A stretch of 64,000 bases of DNA from an uncultured delta proteobacterium (GCA_963729715.1 CAVSPA010000004.1:480001-544000), one strand, 5' to 3'; counted from the first letter of the stretch, positions 12,240 through 24,038 are shown. A program made the numbers and translations. The notes: generated from the letters alone by a model not told the origin.

Positions 12240-13004
12240 CTATTTCATCTTCTCTGCAAGGCTCAAGAAGGGCTTTATCAGATCGATGGGAATGGGAAAG
12301 AGCGTCGTCGAGTTATTCTCGGCTGCGATCTGATTCAAGGTCTGCAGGTACCGGAGCTGCAAGGACATCGGCTGCGTCTCCATAAGTGCGGCAGCTTCGA
12401 TCAGCTTCTGGGCGGCCTGGAACTCGCCTTCCGCACTGATGACCTTGGCCCGGCGTTCTCTCTCCGCTTCGGCTTGTTTGGCAATGGCCCGCTTCATCTC
12501 CTCGGGCAGATCGATCTGCTTTACTTCGACGTGAGAAACTTTAATTCCCCAAGGTTCGGTGCTCCGGTCCAGGATCTCCTGAATCTGGAGGTTGATCTTC
12601 TCACGCTGCGAGAGAAGTTCGTCGAGCTCCACTTGGCCGCAGACGCTCCGTAAGGTGGTCTGGGCGAGCTGGGAGGTGGCATAAAGGTAATTCTCCACAT
12701 TAATCACGGCATCGTTCGCATCCATGACCTTGAAATAAACGACGGCGTTGACCTTGATCGATATGTTGTCCCGTGTGATTACATCCTGCGGTGGGACATC
12801 CATGGTAATGGTGCGCATATCTACCTTCACCATCCTGTCCACGACCGGTATCAGGATGATGAGGCCCGGCCCTTTGGTGTCGATTACCCTCCCGAGGCGG
12901 AAGATCACGCCTCTTTCATACTCATTGAGTATCCTGATGGCTGACGCGAGAAACATGACCACCAGTACTACCAATACAATAAATGGAATAGAAAACATAA
13001 TCAC
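12240..13004 (-). CDS. SPFH/band-7 (stomatin-like) protein
   Basis: [37 protein letters not shown]. Confidence 0.95.
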   Translation of the reverse strand: MIMFSIPFIVLVVLVVMFLASAIRILNEYERGVIFRLGRVIDTKGPGLIILIPVVDRMVKVDMRTITMDVPPQDVITRDNISIKVNAVVYFKVMDANDAVINVENYLYATSQLAQTTLRSVCGQVELDELLSQREKINLQIQEILDRSTEPWGIKVSHVEVKQIDLPEEMKRAIAKQAEAERERRAKVISAEGEFQAAQKLIEAAALMETQPMSLQLRYLQTLNQIAAENNSTTLFPIPIDLIKPFLSLAEKMK

Positions 13005-14320
13005 CCTCCCCGTTTATTTTCGATTTCTTCAACCTTGATTTTCAGACCTTCAACCTTGACGACCTTGATCCCCCTACCCGCCTCTATGCGCTTGTCACTT
13101 GTTGCATTCCAGTACTCACCCTTTATGAGGGCCTTTCCTGTATCATAAATATCAGTGACCGCTTTTCCTTCCTCACCTACCATGCCTTCCTTTCCTGTTT
13201 GCCGTTTTCTCATCTGGGCCTTCAGAACAAGGGCGATTACACCTGCAAAGAAAAGGCAGATGACTGTGAGCACAGGAATCATGACACTCCACGAGACCCT
13301 GAGTGCAGGATCAGGCGATTCAAAGAGCAATAGTGAGCCCAGGACAAGGGAGATAATCCCTCCGACTGTCAACAGGCCGTGGCTGATAACTTTTATCTCT
13401 GCAATAAAGAGGATGATGCCGAAGAGAATAAGCAGGATCCCCGCATAATTGACTGGCAGCGTCTGCAGGGCAAAAAAGGCCAAGATCAGCGAGATGCCGC
13501 CGATGATTCCGGGCAGAATGACGCCCGGATGGGCCAGTTCAAAATAAAGACCTGCAAGACCAACGAGCAAGAGGATATACGCTATATTCGGATCGCTTAT
13601 AGCCGAAAGTACCCTCTGGCGCGTACCCATTTTTTTCTCATTGATGATGGCATATTTTGTTTTAATCACCCTTTTCCCAGATGATACGGTTACCTCTTTT
13701 CCGTCCATCTCCTCCATAAGAGTGTTCAGGTCGGGAGCGACAAAATCTATGACCTTGAGTTTGAGGGCTTCTTCGGCGGTAACAGACTCGCTCTTTCTGA
13801 CGGATTTCTCCACCCAGTCCGCATTTCGTCCCCTCTTGTCCGCGATGCCCCGGACGTAGGCGACGGCGTCGTTCTCCACCTTTTTCATCATGGTCTTGTC
13901 CGCGCTGCCTATGCCCAGTCCCACCGGATGGGCGGCGCCGATATTCGTGCCGGGGGTCATGGCAGCGACATGCGCTGAAATCGTGATTATCACCCCTGCG
14001 GAAGCGGCCCGTGCCCCGGAAGGATTCACGTATACCACAATAGGAATGGACGAGTTCAAGATGGACTTCACAATATCCCTCATAGCAAGGTCCAAGCCGC
14101 CGGGCGTATCGAGGAGAATAATCAGGCCGTCGGAACCTGCCTTCCCCGATGCATCTATGCTTTGCACGATGTATTCGGCAATGGGCGGTGTGATGGTGGC
14201 ATGTACAGTTATAGTATCAAAGACGGGCTTCTTTTCTTCTGCAAGCAATCTGTCGAAAACAGGCATGATGAGAAGCAATGCGAGAATCAGGATTGGTATA
14301 TTGATTTTATTTATTTTCAT
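13001..14320 (-). CDS. nfeD: NfeD-family membrane serine protease (long form)
   Basis: [22 protein letters not shown] region, C-terminal OB fold; adjacent to SPFH gene. Confidence 0.92.
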   Translation of the reverse strand: MKINKINIPILILALLLIMPVFDRLLAEEKKPVFDTITVHATITPPIAEYIVQSIDASGKAGSDGLIILLDTPGGLDLAMRDIVKSILNSSIPIVVYVNPSGARAASAGVIITISAHVAAMTPGTNIGAAHPVGLGIGSADKTMMKKVENDAVAYVRGIADKRGRNADWVEKSVRKSESVTAEEALKLKVIDFVAPDLNTLMEEMDGKEVTVSSGKRVIKTKYAIINEKKMGTRQRVLSAISDPNIAYILLLVGLAGLYFELAHPGVILPGIIGGISLILAFFALQTLPVNYAGILLILFGIILFIAEIKVISHGLLTVGGIISLVLGSLLLFESPDPALRVSWSVMIPVLTVICLFFAGVIALVLKAQMRKRQTGKEGMVGEEGKAVTDIYDTGKALIKGEYWNATSDKRIEAGRGIKVVKVEGLKIKVEEIENKRGG

Positions 14321-14359
14321 GGATTGCCCCCCTCAATTCTTGAGCTGTATGGTAGATCG

Positions 14360-15106
14360 TTATGAAACCTGCTGCGGCAGCATCTTCATTATCTTCTGGA
14401 CGTCTTCCCACACTTGCTTCTTTGCACCCTGATTCCTCAAGAGATATGCCGGATGATAAGTAGGCATCAATTGTATCCCGTGATATGAATAAAACTTACC
14501 CCGCAGGACCGTTATTGGTACATCCGTTTTAAGCAGGGTGTGTGCGGCAAACGTCCCCAAAGCACAGATTACCCGCGGGCTAATCGCCTTAAGCTGCTTG
14601 ATAAGAAATGGTTCGCAGGCGGCTATTTCCTCTGGCTTGGGATTCCGGTTGCCGGGAGGACGGCACTTGAGGATATTGCATATATAGACATCAGTTCTCT
14701 TCAATCCCATGGCCGCGATAATCTTGGTCAGAAGCTGCCCGGCGCGTCCGACAAAGGGTCTCCCCTGGATATCTTCATCTCCTCCCGGCGCCTCGCCGAC
14801 GAATATGATCTCGGCCTTGGCGTTCCCCTCACCGAAGACGATGTTGGTTCTCACTCTTCCGAGGGGACACCTCTGACAATCACCGAGTTCATTCTTCACT
14901 TCTCCAAGGGTCAATGCCTTTCTGGCTGACGTTCTTTGTTGGGCCCGAGGTATGTCGGCAGGGGATGCTTCGAGAGCCGCGCTCTCGCCCGTCATACACA
15001 GGTACGCCGGCGACTTCCCCGCATCAATCCCGGACTGGATTTGAGATTTCAGATGCCTGACCAGCGCGAGGAGTTCATCTGCCGGATTTTCTTTTGCAGC
15101 TTCCAT
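14360..15106 (-). CDS. Uracil-DNA glycosylase, family 4
   Basis: CxxC, GEAPG, PFVGRAG, KCRPPGNR, HPAYLLR. Confidence 0.95.
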   Translation of the reverse strand: MEAAKENPADELLALVRHLKSQIQSGIDAGKSPAYLCMTGESAALEASPADIPRAQQRTSARKALTLGEVKNELGDCQRCPLGRVRTNIVFGEGNAKAEIIFVGEAPGGDEDIQGRPFVGRAGQLLTKIIAAMGLKRTDVYICNILKCRPPGNRNPKPEEIAACEPFLIKQLKAISPRVICALGTFAAHTLLKTDVPITVLRGKFYSYHGIQLMPTYHPAYLLRNQGAKKQVWEDVQKIMKMLPQQVS

Positions 15107-15113
15107 AATGAGA

Positions 15114-16346
15114 CTATCTATCCCGAAAAGCAGGGCGGCGTCTGGGAGCAGGCCTTCTGCTCGTTATGATCTTCTTAACCCTGTCAAGTATCCTGTCGGC
15201 AACCTCCATCTTGCTCATCAAGGGGATGCTTTCAATTTCACCATCAGGACTGAGTATCTTGATTATATTTGTATCGTAACCGAACCCTGCACCTTCTTTC
15301 GTCACATCGTTGGCCACAATAATATCCATATTTTTTTTCTTCATTTTGTTCCTCGCATTCTCCACAAGGTTCTCCGTCTCCACGGCAAAACCAACGAGGA
15401 TGCAATTGCCCTTCTTCCTGCCGACCTCCAATATGATGTCCGGATTCCGCTCGAGTTCAAGATTAACCCCGTCGCCTTTCTTTATCTTGGCAGCGGAACG
15501 CAATGACGGGCGGTAATCGGCCACAGCGGCGGCTTTGATGACAACCGTGACGCTATCTAAATGCTCCATAACGGCATCCCGCATATCGACAGCGCTTGCG
15601 ACAGGTATGAACTTTATGTCCCGCGGCGCGGGCAATGCCGTGGGGCCGCTGATCAGTGTAACATTGGCGCCTCTCCGCTTTGCCGCAATTGCCAACGCGT
15701 ATCCCATTTTGCCCGAGGAATAATTGGTGATGTACCTGACCGGGTCGAAGGGCTCACGTGTGGGACCGGCAGTTACGAGAACCTTCTCTCCCTTAAGATC
15801 TTTCACGGTCAGGATGGATTCGACCTCTTCCAAAATATCCGGTATGTCCGGGAGCCTCCCGTAACCCTCGGCCTTGCAGGCCAGTTCGCCATACCCGGGC
15901 GCCATGAAGAGATAGCCCCGTGCTGTGAGCCTGCTGATATTCTCCTTCACGATCGCATTATTATACATGTTCACATTCATGGCCGGACAGATCAGCACCG
16001 GAGCTTTCGTCGCCATAACTGTGGTAGTAAGAATATCGTCAGCCAGACCCGCATCTATCTTTCCGATGATATTCGCTGTAGCCGGCGCAATCACGATGAC
16101 ATCCGCGTACTCTGCAAGAGAGATATGGGCCATATCGAAGTCCACCAGAGGTGCAAACATGTCCGTGAAGACGGGATGCCCCGAAAGCGTCTGGAGGGTC
16201 AGCGGTGTTATGAACGCGGCTGCGTTCTTGGTCATGATTACCCTGACCATGGCCCCCTTCTTTATAAACTCCCTCGTCAGCTCAGCGGATTTGTAGGCAG
16301 CAATCCCTCCCGTTATGCCAAGAACGATTCTCTTATCTTTTAGCAT
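15114..16346 (-). CDS. coaBC: Phosphopantothenoylcysteine decarboxylase/ligase
   Basis: GGIAAYK, PATAN, PAMN, TAGPTRE, SSGKMG, AAVADY. Confidence 0.97.
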   Translation of the reverse strand: MLKDKRIVLGITGGIAAYKSAELTREFIKKGAMVRVIMTKNAAAFITPLTLQTLSGHPVFTDMFAPLVDFDMAHISLAEYADVIVIAPATANIIGKIDAGLADDILTTTVMATKAPVLICPAMNVNMYNNAIVKENISRLTARGYLFMAPGYGELACKAEGYGRLPDIPDILEEVESILTVKDLKGEKVLVTAGPTREPFDPVRYITNYSSGKMGYALAIAAKRRGANVTLISGPTALPAPRDIKFIPVASAVDMRDAVMEHLDSVTVVIKAAAVADYRPSLRSAAKIKKGDGVNLELERNPDIILEVGRKKGNCILVGFAVETENLVENARNKMKKKNMDIIVANDVTKEGAGFGYDTNIIKILSPDGEIESIPLMSKMEVADRILDRVKKIITSRRPAPRRRPAFRDR

Positions 16347-16480
16347 CTTTCTTATTCCTCAAAATTCATTGTGCACGCCGTAAAAACAACATACCGCCTT
16401 TATGGCTTCACATATAGCAAGTCTCATACACAACTTCAAGAATTAATGCAGGCATTTGTCGGAATATTCTGCTTTTAGCC

Positions 16481-16509
16481 TTGCAAAGCGATCTAAAAAT
16501 CATTATAAA
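16481..16509 (+). promoter_or_regulatory. Sigma70-type promoter of the M23 peptidase gene
   Basis: TTGCAA-17 bp-TATAAA. Confidence 0.5.
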
Positions 16510-16535
16510 TCAGCCCGGCATGATCCAATATCCGC

Positions 16536-17876
16536 ATGAGGTATTTTATGAAAACCTATAGACCACACATAATAGCCATCTTAATTGTTTTGATAGCCGG
16601 TTTTGCCTTCTGGTTCTTCAATTCGTGGGGAGAATTGGAAAAGCCGGCCATCCAACTTGATCAGGACATAACGGCAATCGGAAGGTCTAAGACATTCAAT
16701 ATAGCATTTATGGACCGGAAGAGCGGACTCCGCAATTCAGCGGTCACCATAGTTCAGGATAATCAGACGCAGGTCCTTTCCTCCCTCAACTATGCGGACG
16801 CAGTAACCAAAGAAAGTAACGTAAGCGTAACTATAGACCCCCTGACGATGAAGCTTCATGAAGGGCCGGCCATAATCAATATTTCAGCGACTGACAACTC
16901 GCTATGGAAAAACGAGACAACCATTGCCATACAGGTCAATATAGATTTTGTACCACCGCAGATATTTCTGCTTACCTCCACCAACAATATTAATCCCGGC
17001 GGCACATGCGTGATCCTGTACAGGACATCAAAGCCGGTTAGCTCAAGCGGCGTCAAGGTCGAGAATAATTTTTCCCCGGGATACGCGACCTTGATTTCAG
17101 ATAAGCCTTGTCTAATCAGTTATTTTTCTATTCCCACAGATGCCAGGCATGGCGGAACAACGATAAAAGTAATCGCCCGGGATCAGGCAGGTAATGAATC
17201 TTCAGTTGCACTACCAACTCTTATCAGGAAGAAGAAATTCCGCAGCGACAAGATGACACTGAGCGATAATTTTTTGCAGCAGAAGATGCCCGAATTTCAG
17301 AGTCATAATCCCGTTCTTCAGGGCAAGACGCCCATCGAGACTTTCATATATGTCAACACCAAGATGCGTGAGGAAAATGACGCTACAATCCGCGAAATCT
17401 GCAAAACGTCGAATCCCAAACAATTATGGGAGGGCACATTCCTCCGGATGAAAAATGCCGCTCCCATGGCCTTGTTCGGTGATAAGAGAAAATATCAATA
17501 CCAGGGCAAGGTAGTGGGTGAGAGCGTCCACATGGGTGTTGACCTTGCTTCCACGACAAATGCGCCGGTGGAGGCCGCCAATAACGGCATCGTTGCATAC
17601 GCCGGTTACCTCGGTATCTACGGCAACTTCGTGATGATCGATCACGGGTTCGGATTCTTCACTGTTTACGGCCACCTGAATTCCATAGATGTCAAGAAGG
17701 GACAGGAAGTGAAGAAAGGCGACGTTATCGCCCATACAGGATCAACAGGTCTTGCGGGTGGCGATCATCTGCATTTTGGAATGCTTATCGGGGGGCAGTT
17801 CGTAAACCCTCAAGAGTGGTGGGACGCCCATTGGATTGCGGATAACGTCACCAAAAAGATGGCCGTCTCTTTTTAG
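16536..17876 (+). CDS. M23-family metallopeptidase, membrane-anchored
   Basis: HMGVD and HLH Zn motifs, YGN..IDHG, N-terminal TM. Confidence 0.92.
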   Translation: MRYFMKTYRPHIIAILIVLIAGFAFWFFNSWGELEKPAIQLDQDITAIGRSKTFNIAFMDRKSGLRNSAVTIVQDNQTQVLSSLNYADAVTKESNVSVTIDPLTMKLHEGPAIINISATDNSLWKNETTIAIQVNIDFVPPQIFLLTSTNNINPGGTCVILYRTSKPVSSSGVKVENNFSPGYATLISDKPCLISYFSIPTDARHGGTTIKVIARDQAGNESSVALPTLIRKKKFRSDKMTLSDNFLQQKMPEFQSHNPVLQGKTPIETFIYVNTKMREENDATIREICKTSNPKQLWEGTFLRMKNAAPMALFGDKRKYQYQGKVVGESVHMGVDLASTTNAPVEAANNGIVAYAGYLGIYGNFVMIDHGFGFFTVYGHLNSIDVKKGQEVKKGDVIAHTGSTGLAGGDHLHFGMLIGGQFVNPQEWWDAHWIADNVTKKMAVSF

Positions 17877-17962
17877 ATTTTTATGCATGAACTGGTCAAG
17901 GCCAGCCCAATGGTCAAATTAGAATTTCTAACTTCTCGATAGTTGCGACCCGTTATGTCAGG

Positions 17963-18829
17963 TTAACTCTTATTGATGTCCCTGTGGTTTATGGTCACTA
18001 TATAATTCTTATCTGAAAAGTAAGAACCCAGTTTGTTTGCCATGACGACCGACCTGTGTCTCCCACCTGTGCATCCGAGGGCTATATTAAGCCGGGCCTT
18101 TCCCTCCTTTTCATAAAGCGGGATGAGAAATGCCATCAGTTCGAAAAGCTTTTGAATAAATATTCTGCTCTCTTCCGATTCGAGCACGTAATTCCGAACC
18201 TCCGGATGGTGACCATCATAGAATTTCAGTTCTTCGACGAAATATGGATTGGGAAGAAAACGCACGTCAAGCACGATGTCTGCATCGGCGGGTATGCCGT
18301 ACCGGTACCCGAATGATGTCACATGAACCACCATCCTTTGATTTACGGATGAAGAAATAAACTGCCTCTGGACGACGTCCTTCAATTGATGAACGTTGTA
18401 CGAGGTGGTATCGATGACTTTATCGGCCATCTGTTTCAAAGGGGCCAGCTTCTCCCTCTCCAGATTGATGCCTTCCATCACGGAACCCTTCACTGAAGTG
18501 GGATGCACCCTTCTTGTTTCACTGAATCGATGCAGGAGGGCGTCATCACTCGAATCGAGAAATAGTATCTCTATCCTGTAACCCTCGCTCTTCAGCTGGT
18601 CAAAGATCTTTGTATATTTTTCGAGAAAATTCTTCTCCCTCAAATCCATGACCATGGCGACTTTTGTGATGTCCTTGGAGGCATCGGACTGAATCTTGAG
18701 GAATCTCGGAAGAAGAACAACGGGCAGGTTATCGACGCAAAAAAAACCGATGTCCTCCAGCGCCCGGAGGGCGGTACTCTTGCCTGATCCCGAAAGTCCC
18801 GTGATGATTACCACTCGCAGGTTGTTCAT
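17963..18829 (-). CDS. rapZ: RNase adapter RapZ (YhbJ/YvcJ)
   Basis: [34 protein letters not shown]. Confidence 0.96.
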   Translation of the reverse strand: MNNLRVVIITGLSGSGKSTALRALEDIGFFCVDNLPVVLLPRFLKIQSDASKDITKVAMVMDLREKNFLEKYTKIFDQLKSEGYRIEILFLDSSDDALLHRFSETRRVHPTSVKGSVMEGINLEREKLAPLKQMADKVIDTTSYNVHQLKDVVQRQFISSSVNQRMVVHVTSFGYRYGIPADADIVLDVRFLPNPYFVEELKFYDGHHPEVRNYVLESEESRIFIQKLFELMAFLIPLYEKEGKARLNIALGCTGGRHRSVVMANKLGSYFSDKNYIVTINHRDINKS

Positions 18830-19731
18830 GAGTCTCCTCTTTCCATTGCGCTCATTAATTTTTGAACCACAAACTCAACATGCCTGTACAAATTGCGTGT
18901 CTGCGGAAAACCAGGGAGCACGATACGGGGCAGTTTGACCCCCAGGATATCCGATAATTCTTCTGATTTCCAGATGCCTTTGCGCCCTCCGTCATCACCA
19001 ATTGTCTTCAATTCAACGATGAGATTGATGACTGAATCGTCGAGGATGGTTTGGGCGCCGAGAAGTTCTTCCGCCTCAACAACGCCATTATGTTTGATAT
19101 GGATAAGACCTTGGACGAGTTCGTTACTCCTGCCATACAACGAATCCCCTCTTCTTTCTATCTCTACGGCGTCGTCTGCTACCCACCGATGTCCTCTTTC
19201 CACCAGCTTCAGAGAACATTCAGTCTTCCCCCTGCCGCTGTCTCCTGTGAGCATCACACCGAGGCCTGAGACACTTACAAGCGTCCCATGCATAGAGATG
19301 GAATTTTCAAGTTTCTCCCTCAAGAGGCGGGAGAGACGGCTCTCCAAGAGAAACTCATCGTAGACCGATGCAAAGACAGAAACACCGTACGCCTCTGAGA
19401 AAGACGCCATAAGACCCGGTACTGTATCCCTTTCCGAGATTGCTATTAAGGGAATACTGTTTGAAACGATGGCTTGAAATATCTTCTCGCGGGATTCTGA
19501 TGGTATTGATGTGAGTTCGGAAATATGTTGAGGTGTGATCACGAGGGCGGCATCGGGAATAATCCACTCCCGGAAGCCTTCGGCTTTCTCATATCGCTGA
19601 ACACGGATGCTGCTTGTTGATCTCGGAAGACCGGCCTCACCGGTCATTTGTGAGAGTCCTAATTCATCCCCTCTACCTTGAAGAATGTCTTTTAACCGGA
19701 GCGAGGCCATGGAAGTAAGATACCCTGACAA
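18826..19731 (-). CDS. hprK: HPr kinase/phosphorylase-like protein (divergent)
   Basis: HGTLV...[19 protein letters not shown]; lies between ptsN and rapZ; EIRGLGI signature degenerate. Confidence 0.75.
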   Translation of the reverse strand: MSGYLTSMASLRLKDILQGRGDELGLSQMTGEAGLPRSTSSIRVQRYEKAEGFREWIIPDAALVITPQHISELTSIPSESREKIFQAIVSNSIPLIAISERDTVPGLMASFSEAYGVSVFASVYDEFLLESRLSRLLREKLENSISMHGTLVSVSGLGVMLTGDSGRGKTECSLKLVERGHRWVADDAVEIERRGDSLYGRSNELVQGLIHIKHNGVVEAEELLGAQTILDDSVINLIVELKTIGDDGGRKGIWKSEELSDILGVKLPRIVLPGFPQTRNLYRHVEFVVQKLMSAMERGDS

Positions 19732-20193
19732 TCAACTTGCGTCATCCTTGTCCGCAATTATTACGTACAGCTCATCCTTCGACTTGGCTTCTATGAGTTT
19801 CTTCCTGAATGCGCTGTCCTTCAACATCTTCGATATTTTGGCAAGTGCCTTAAGGTGCACGCCTGTCGTATTCTCCGGGGCTAAGAGCAGGAAGAAAAGA
19901 TTGGCCGGTTTGCCGTCCATGGAATTAAAGTCGACGCCTTCCCTGCTTCTGCCGAATGAGACGATCAACTCATCCAGATCTGCCAGCTTGCCGTGGGGAA
20001 TAGCGATGCCATCTCCTATGCCCGTACTGCCCAACTTTTCCCTGTCCAAAAGTGTGTTCACCACTAATTCCTGATTAATCGTGCCATTCTCACTACGAAT
20101 AACGCCGGACAATTCAGCAAGAACATCCCTCTTGGTCTTTGCCTCCAGTTCTTCGATGATATATTCTTTCCTGAAGATATCCATTATTTTCAT
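19732..20193 (-). CDS. ptsN: PTS IIA(Ntr) nitrogen-regulatory protein
   Basis: REKLGSTGIGDGIAIPHGK phospho-His motif. Confidence 0.93.
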   Translation of the reverse strand: MKIMDIFRKEYIIEELEAKTKRDVLAELSGVIRSENGTINQELVVNTLLDREKLGSTGIGDGIAIPHGKLADLDELIVSFGRSREGVDFNSMDGKPANLFFLLLAPENTTGVHLKALAKISKMLKDSAFRKKLIEAKSKDELYVIIADKDDAS

Positions 20194-20209
20194 GATGTTT
20201 CCTCAAACT

Positions 20210-20749
20210 TCAGCTGCTGGTCTCTATGAGCGCATACTTTCCGTCATCGCGGATATATATGATGCTGACGTTTTCCGTAGAAGAATCTCTGTAAACAACA
20301 AAACGGTTCCTCGATATATCAATCTCCATAATAGCATCTTCGAGAGACATGGGTTTCAACACGACTTTTCTCATTTCCACTATTCTTACTTCCTGCGCTT
20401 CATCTGCTTCATCGGGATACGCTGCCCGGGATGCGGCCCCTTCCAACCGTGCTGTATTTGTTTTGTGACCCCGCGTCCTTTCTTTGCGCTTCTTAAGCTG
20501 ACGTTCTATCTTGTCGATTGCATTATCAATAGCAACGCTCATTTCCTTGGCTTCCTCTTTGGCATTTAGGACCTGCCCGTTCGTCATCAGATTTACTTCC
20601 GCCACATTTCTGAACTTTTCCACGGAAAGAACAACGCGGGCCTCCACCGGGGTGTCCAGATATTTTTCGAGTTTCTTTAGTTTTTGATCGATATATTCCT
20701 TATGCCAGTTATCCCCTTCTGTATTTCTGAAGGTTACAGAAATCTTCAT
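20210..20749 (-). CDS. hpf: Long ribosome hibernation promoting factor
   Basis: AID..IDKIERQLKK, C-terminal KPMSLEDA domain; downstream of rpoN. Confidence 0.92.
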   Translation of the reverse strand: MKISVTFRNTEGDNWHKEYIDQKLKKLEKYLDTPVEARVVLSVEKFRNVAEVNLMTNGQVLNAKEEAKEMSVAIDNAIDKIERQLKKRKERTRGHKTNTARLEGAASRAAYPDEADEAQEVRIVEMRKVVLKPMSLEDAIMEIDISRNRFVVYRDSSTENVSIIYIRDDGKYALIETSS

Positions 20750-21091
20750 AACTACACCCTCCTATGTTTCCATACATTTTGCCGCGCACTCTCTCTATCT
20801 CTTGAGAGGGCGGGCATCCTAATCCTTAAATCATCTTAGGTCAACCTGTTTTTTGGGGGCTCTTTCGGACGGGCCCCGCGGGAACAAACCAATCGTCTGA
20901 AAAATATATGGCGAAACAAGAAGTCCGGAGGCGAGGCGCCTCCACACGCAGGACAGGAATGAACAAATGTGGGGCATGAGGCATGTCTGAACACAAGCCA
21001 CAGCTTGCCCTCGGCCTGCGCAGGGAAGGATGAGACCCAATTTATGCCGGAGCCTGCCCGCACAAAAGCGTGAAGACTTCCCACAATACCG

Positions 21092-22555
21092 TCAGAAATA
21101 CTTTTTCCTCTTGGAAGAAGGCAGAACACCCATCATTTCTCTGTACTTCGCCACTGTTCTTCTCGCAATTTCTATACCTGATTTTTTTAGGAGATCGACG
21201 ATGTCGCTGTCACTGTATGGCTTCTTCGGATCTTCCGCACTCACGATCTTCTTTATCTCCTCTTTAACGCTCTTCGAGGCAACGGCATCACCGCTTGTCT
21301 TTTGTATTCTGCTGCTGAAGAAATATTTGAGTTCGAATATGCCTCTCGGCGTATGCATGTACTTATTCGTCACTACCCTGCTTATGGTTGACTCGTGCAT
21401 TTCCACATCATCGGCAATATCTCTCAGCACCAGAGGTTTTAGATAATTGATACCGTAATCGAAAAAATCCCTCTGCAATTTCAAGATGCTTTCCGTCACT
21501 TTGTATATTGTTCTTTGCCTCTGCTGTATGCTCTTGATGAGCCATGTAGCCGACTGCATCCTCTCTCTGATATATTTCCTGCTGCTTTCCACATCCGGAC
21601 ACGTGTTGCCGCTGCCCATAATCTCCTTGTAAAAGTTGCTGATCCTGAGCTTCGGCAGACCGTCATCATTAAGAATGATCTTGTATTCGTCCCCTGACTT
21701 CAATACATACACATCGGGCGTAATGGTATCTATCCTCTCTTCGGTATAAACGCTCCCGGGTTTCGGATCCATGCTGCTTATTATGCACACTGCCTGCAGG
21801 ACTTCCGACAGGGGGACCTTCAATTTTCTTGATATGTTGGTATAATTCTTTGTTTCCAAGTCCTTGAGATGCCCATTTATGATTAACTCAACGAGCGGCG
21901 TCAGCACACCCAGGATCCTGGCCTGAATCAGAAGACATTCCTTGATGTCCCTTGCTGCAATTCCGGGAGGATCAAATTCCTGAACATTCTTCAAGACGCC
22001 TTCAACGAAACTCTCCTCAACCCCTTCCTGTTTGGCAATCTCCTCTATGGACGCCACCAGATAGCCGTTATTGTCAAGATTACCGATTATCTGTTCCCCA
22101 ATCTTCATTTCCGCCTCGGTAACGCGGGAGAGCTTGAGTTGCCACATCAGATGATCCGTCAGAGAAGGCTTCACCATCAACATGTTATCCCATGACGGCG
22201 CTTCATCATCCTTGCGGTCATATCTTACACCTGTGGGACCGTAGTCCTCAAGATAGCTATTCCAGTCAAATTCTTCCTTGCCATCACCCTCCCCGGTAAT
22301 CTCCTCCGTACGCTCAACAGCTTTAATCTCTTCCCTGTCGGCTATCTCAACTGTATCGGATTCGGGAACGGTCGTCTCCTCCGGGTATTCTTCTGACGCT
22401 ACTTCTTCGAGCAGCGGGTTCTCTTCCATCTCCTGGGTGATTAAATCAGTCAGCTCCAGCCTCGAGAGTTGCAAGAGTTTTATTGCCTGCTGCAACTGAG
22501 GCGTCATGACGAGCTGTTGGCTCAATTTCAAATTCTGTTTTAGTTCAAATGCCAT
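21092..22555 (-). CDS. rpoN: RNA polymerase sigma-54
   Basis: MTPQLQQAIKLLQL, HESTISR, ARRTVAKYR RpoN box. Confidence 0.98.
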   Translation of the reverse strand: MAFELKQNLKLSQQLVMTPQLQQAIKLLQLSRLELTDLITQEMEENPLLEEVASEEYPEETTVPESDTVEIADREEIKAVERTEEITGEGDGKEEFDWNSYLEDYGPTGVRYDRKDDEAPSWDNMLMVKPSLTDHLMWQLKLSRVTEAEMKIGEQIIGNLDNNGYLVASIEEIAKQEGVEESFVEGVLKNVQEFDPPGIAARDIKECLLIQARILGVLTPLVELIINGHLKDLETKNYTNISRKLKVPLSEVLQAVCIISSMDPKPGSVYTEERIDTITPDVYVLKSGDEYKIILNDDGLPKLRISNFYKEIMGSGNTCPDVESSRKYIRERMQSATWLIKSIQQRQRTIYKVTESILKLQRDFFDYGINYLKPLVLRDIADDVEMHESTISRVVTNKYMHTPRGIFELKYFFSSRIQKTSGDAVASKSVKEEIKKIVSAEDPKKPYSDSDIVDLLKKSGIEIARRTVAKYREMMGVLPSSKRKKYF

Positions 22556-22595
22556 TTTTCCGTGCGTCTGACCAATGCTGTCTCATATCCACCGT

Positions 22596-23318
22596 TCAGA
22601 GATAAAAATCTTCTCCCAGGTAAATCTTTCTCGCAATTTCACAGTTGGCTATGGTGTCAGGATCCCCTTCAACCATAATTGCCCCTTCATTGACTATATA
22701 GGCCCTGTCACAGACAGAAAGCGTTTCTCTCACATTATGATCGGACACGACAACGCCGATTCCTTTAGATTTCAGTTTGGATATGATTCTCTGTATGTCT
22801 TGAACTGCAATAGGATCGATCCCCGCGAAAGGCTCATCGAGCAGAATGTACTTGGGAGACGTGACCAAGGCTCTGGTAATCTCGACACGCCGCCTCTCCC
22901 CGCCCGATAAGGAATATGCGCGCGCTTCCGACAGGTGTGAAATGTCAAGCTCTCCGAGCAGTTCTTTCAGCCGCTTGTCTCTCTCATCCTTATCTATATC
23001 CAGCGTCTCGAGAATTGCCATGATGTTCTCCGCCACGGAGAGCTTTCTGAATATGGACGGCTCCTGTGGCAGGTAGTTCAATCCTTTTCGCGCCCGGATA
23101 TACATGGGGCATTTACTTATATCTTCTCCATTTAAAAAAATACTCCCCTCGTCGGGCCATATCAAACCCACTATCATATAAAAGGTTGTGGTCTTGCCTG
23201 CGCCATTGGGACCCAAAAGGCCTACCACTTCTCCGGGGCTGATTTCCAGATCAATCTTATTTACTACAACCCTTTTGCCATAGATTTTTACCAACCCTTT
23301 TGCCGATAATGTTTCCAT
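22596..23318 (-). CDS. lptB: LPS export ABC ATPase
   Basis: GPNGAGKT, LSGGERRR, DEPFAGIDP, DHNVRET; start placed at METLSA. Confidence 0.96.
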   Translation of the reverse strand: METLSAKGLVKIYGKRVVVNKIDLEISPGEVVGLLGPNGAGKTTTFYMIVGLIWPDEGSIFLNGEDISKCPMYIRARKGLNYLPQEPSIFRKLSVAENIMAILETLDIDKDERDKRLKELLGELDISHLSEARAYSLSGGERRRVEITRALVTSPKYILLDEPFAGIDPIAVQDIQRIISKLKSKGIGVVVSDHNVRETLSVCDRAYIVNEGAIMVEGDPDTIANCEIARKIYLGEDFYL

Positions 23319-23402
23319 TAATTCAAAATATCCATACATTTAAATTTGCGCATTTACAATTGTACTGCAAACGAACATTGAAGAATATCTCAAACACGCT
23401 AT

Positions 23403-23975
23403 TCATTTCTTTTTATCTTTGTTGTCCTCAGGATATATGGTTGCCCGGACTCTGCTTTTTTCAACGCTTTCGACGACACCTCTGTCTTCATCAAGAAATA
23501 CTACGATCCTGTCACCGTTGATGACGTTTCTTCCTTCCCGCATCACTGCATTGCCCAGCATAATGATTTTTTGCGCATCCTGGTAGTATACTGCGTCATT
23601 TCCGGTTACAATCCTTTCACCCTGTGTTATCGTGACATTACCTTTAGCCTCAATCTTCTCCAAATCACCGGCGCTGCCAATATTCTCAGTGCCTGTCTTT
23701 TCCGGCACCTGCGGATGTGGATCCTTTTTGTAATACAAGAAGAGACGATCCGCCTTTATAATCTTGTCACCCTGGGTTGCAACCGCGTGGCCTGAAAATA
23801 CTACAAGTTTCTTTTCGTTGTAGGCGTCCAGACGGTCAGAAACAATATCTATGGGCTGATCCTTGTCGAACTTGACTTTCTTCTTCGTATCGGTATCCTT
23901 AGCGCCCAAACATGCCACGCTGAAAAAGACCATTATCAAAAAGATTATTATCTTGTTTCTCATAATCATATACAA
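23403..23975 (-). CDS. lptA: LPS transport periplasmic protein
   Basis: Signal peptide, PIDIVSDRL, OstA-type beta-jellyroll repeats, synteny. Confidence 0.9.
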   Translation of the reverse strand: MYMIMRNKIIIFLIMVFFSVACLGAKDTDTKKKVKFDKDQPIDIVSDRLDAYNEKKLVVFSGHAVATQGDKIIKADRLFLYYKKDPHPQVPEKTGTENIGSAGDLEKIEAKGNVTITQGERIVTGNDAVYYQDAQKIIMLGNAVMREGRNVINGDRIVVFLDEDRGVVESVEKSRVRATIYPEDNKDKKK

Positions 23976-24038
23976 AGCAGCCTATGGGAATTTCGTATCC
24001 CAAGGACAGAGTTCATGCAGAGAGTCCTTCCGGACATA

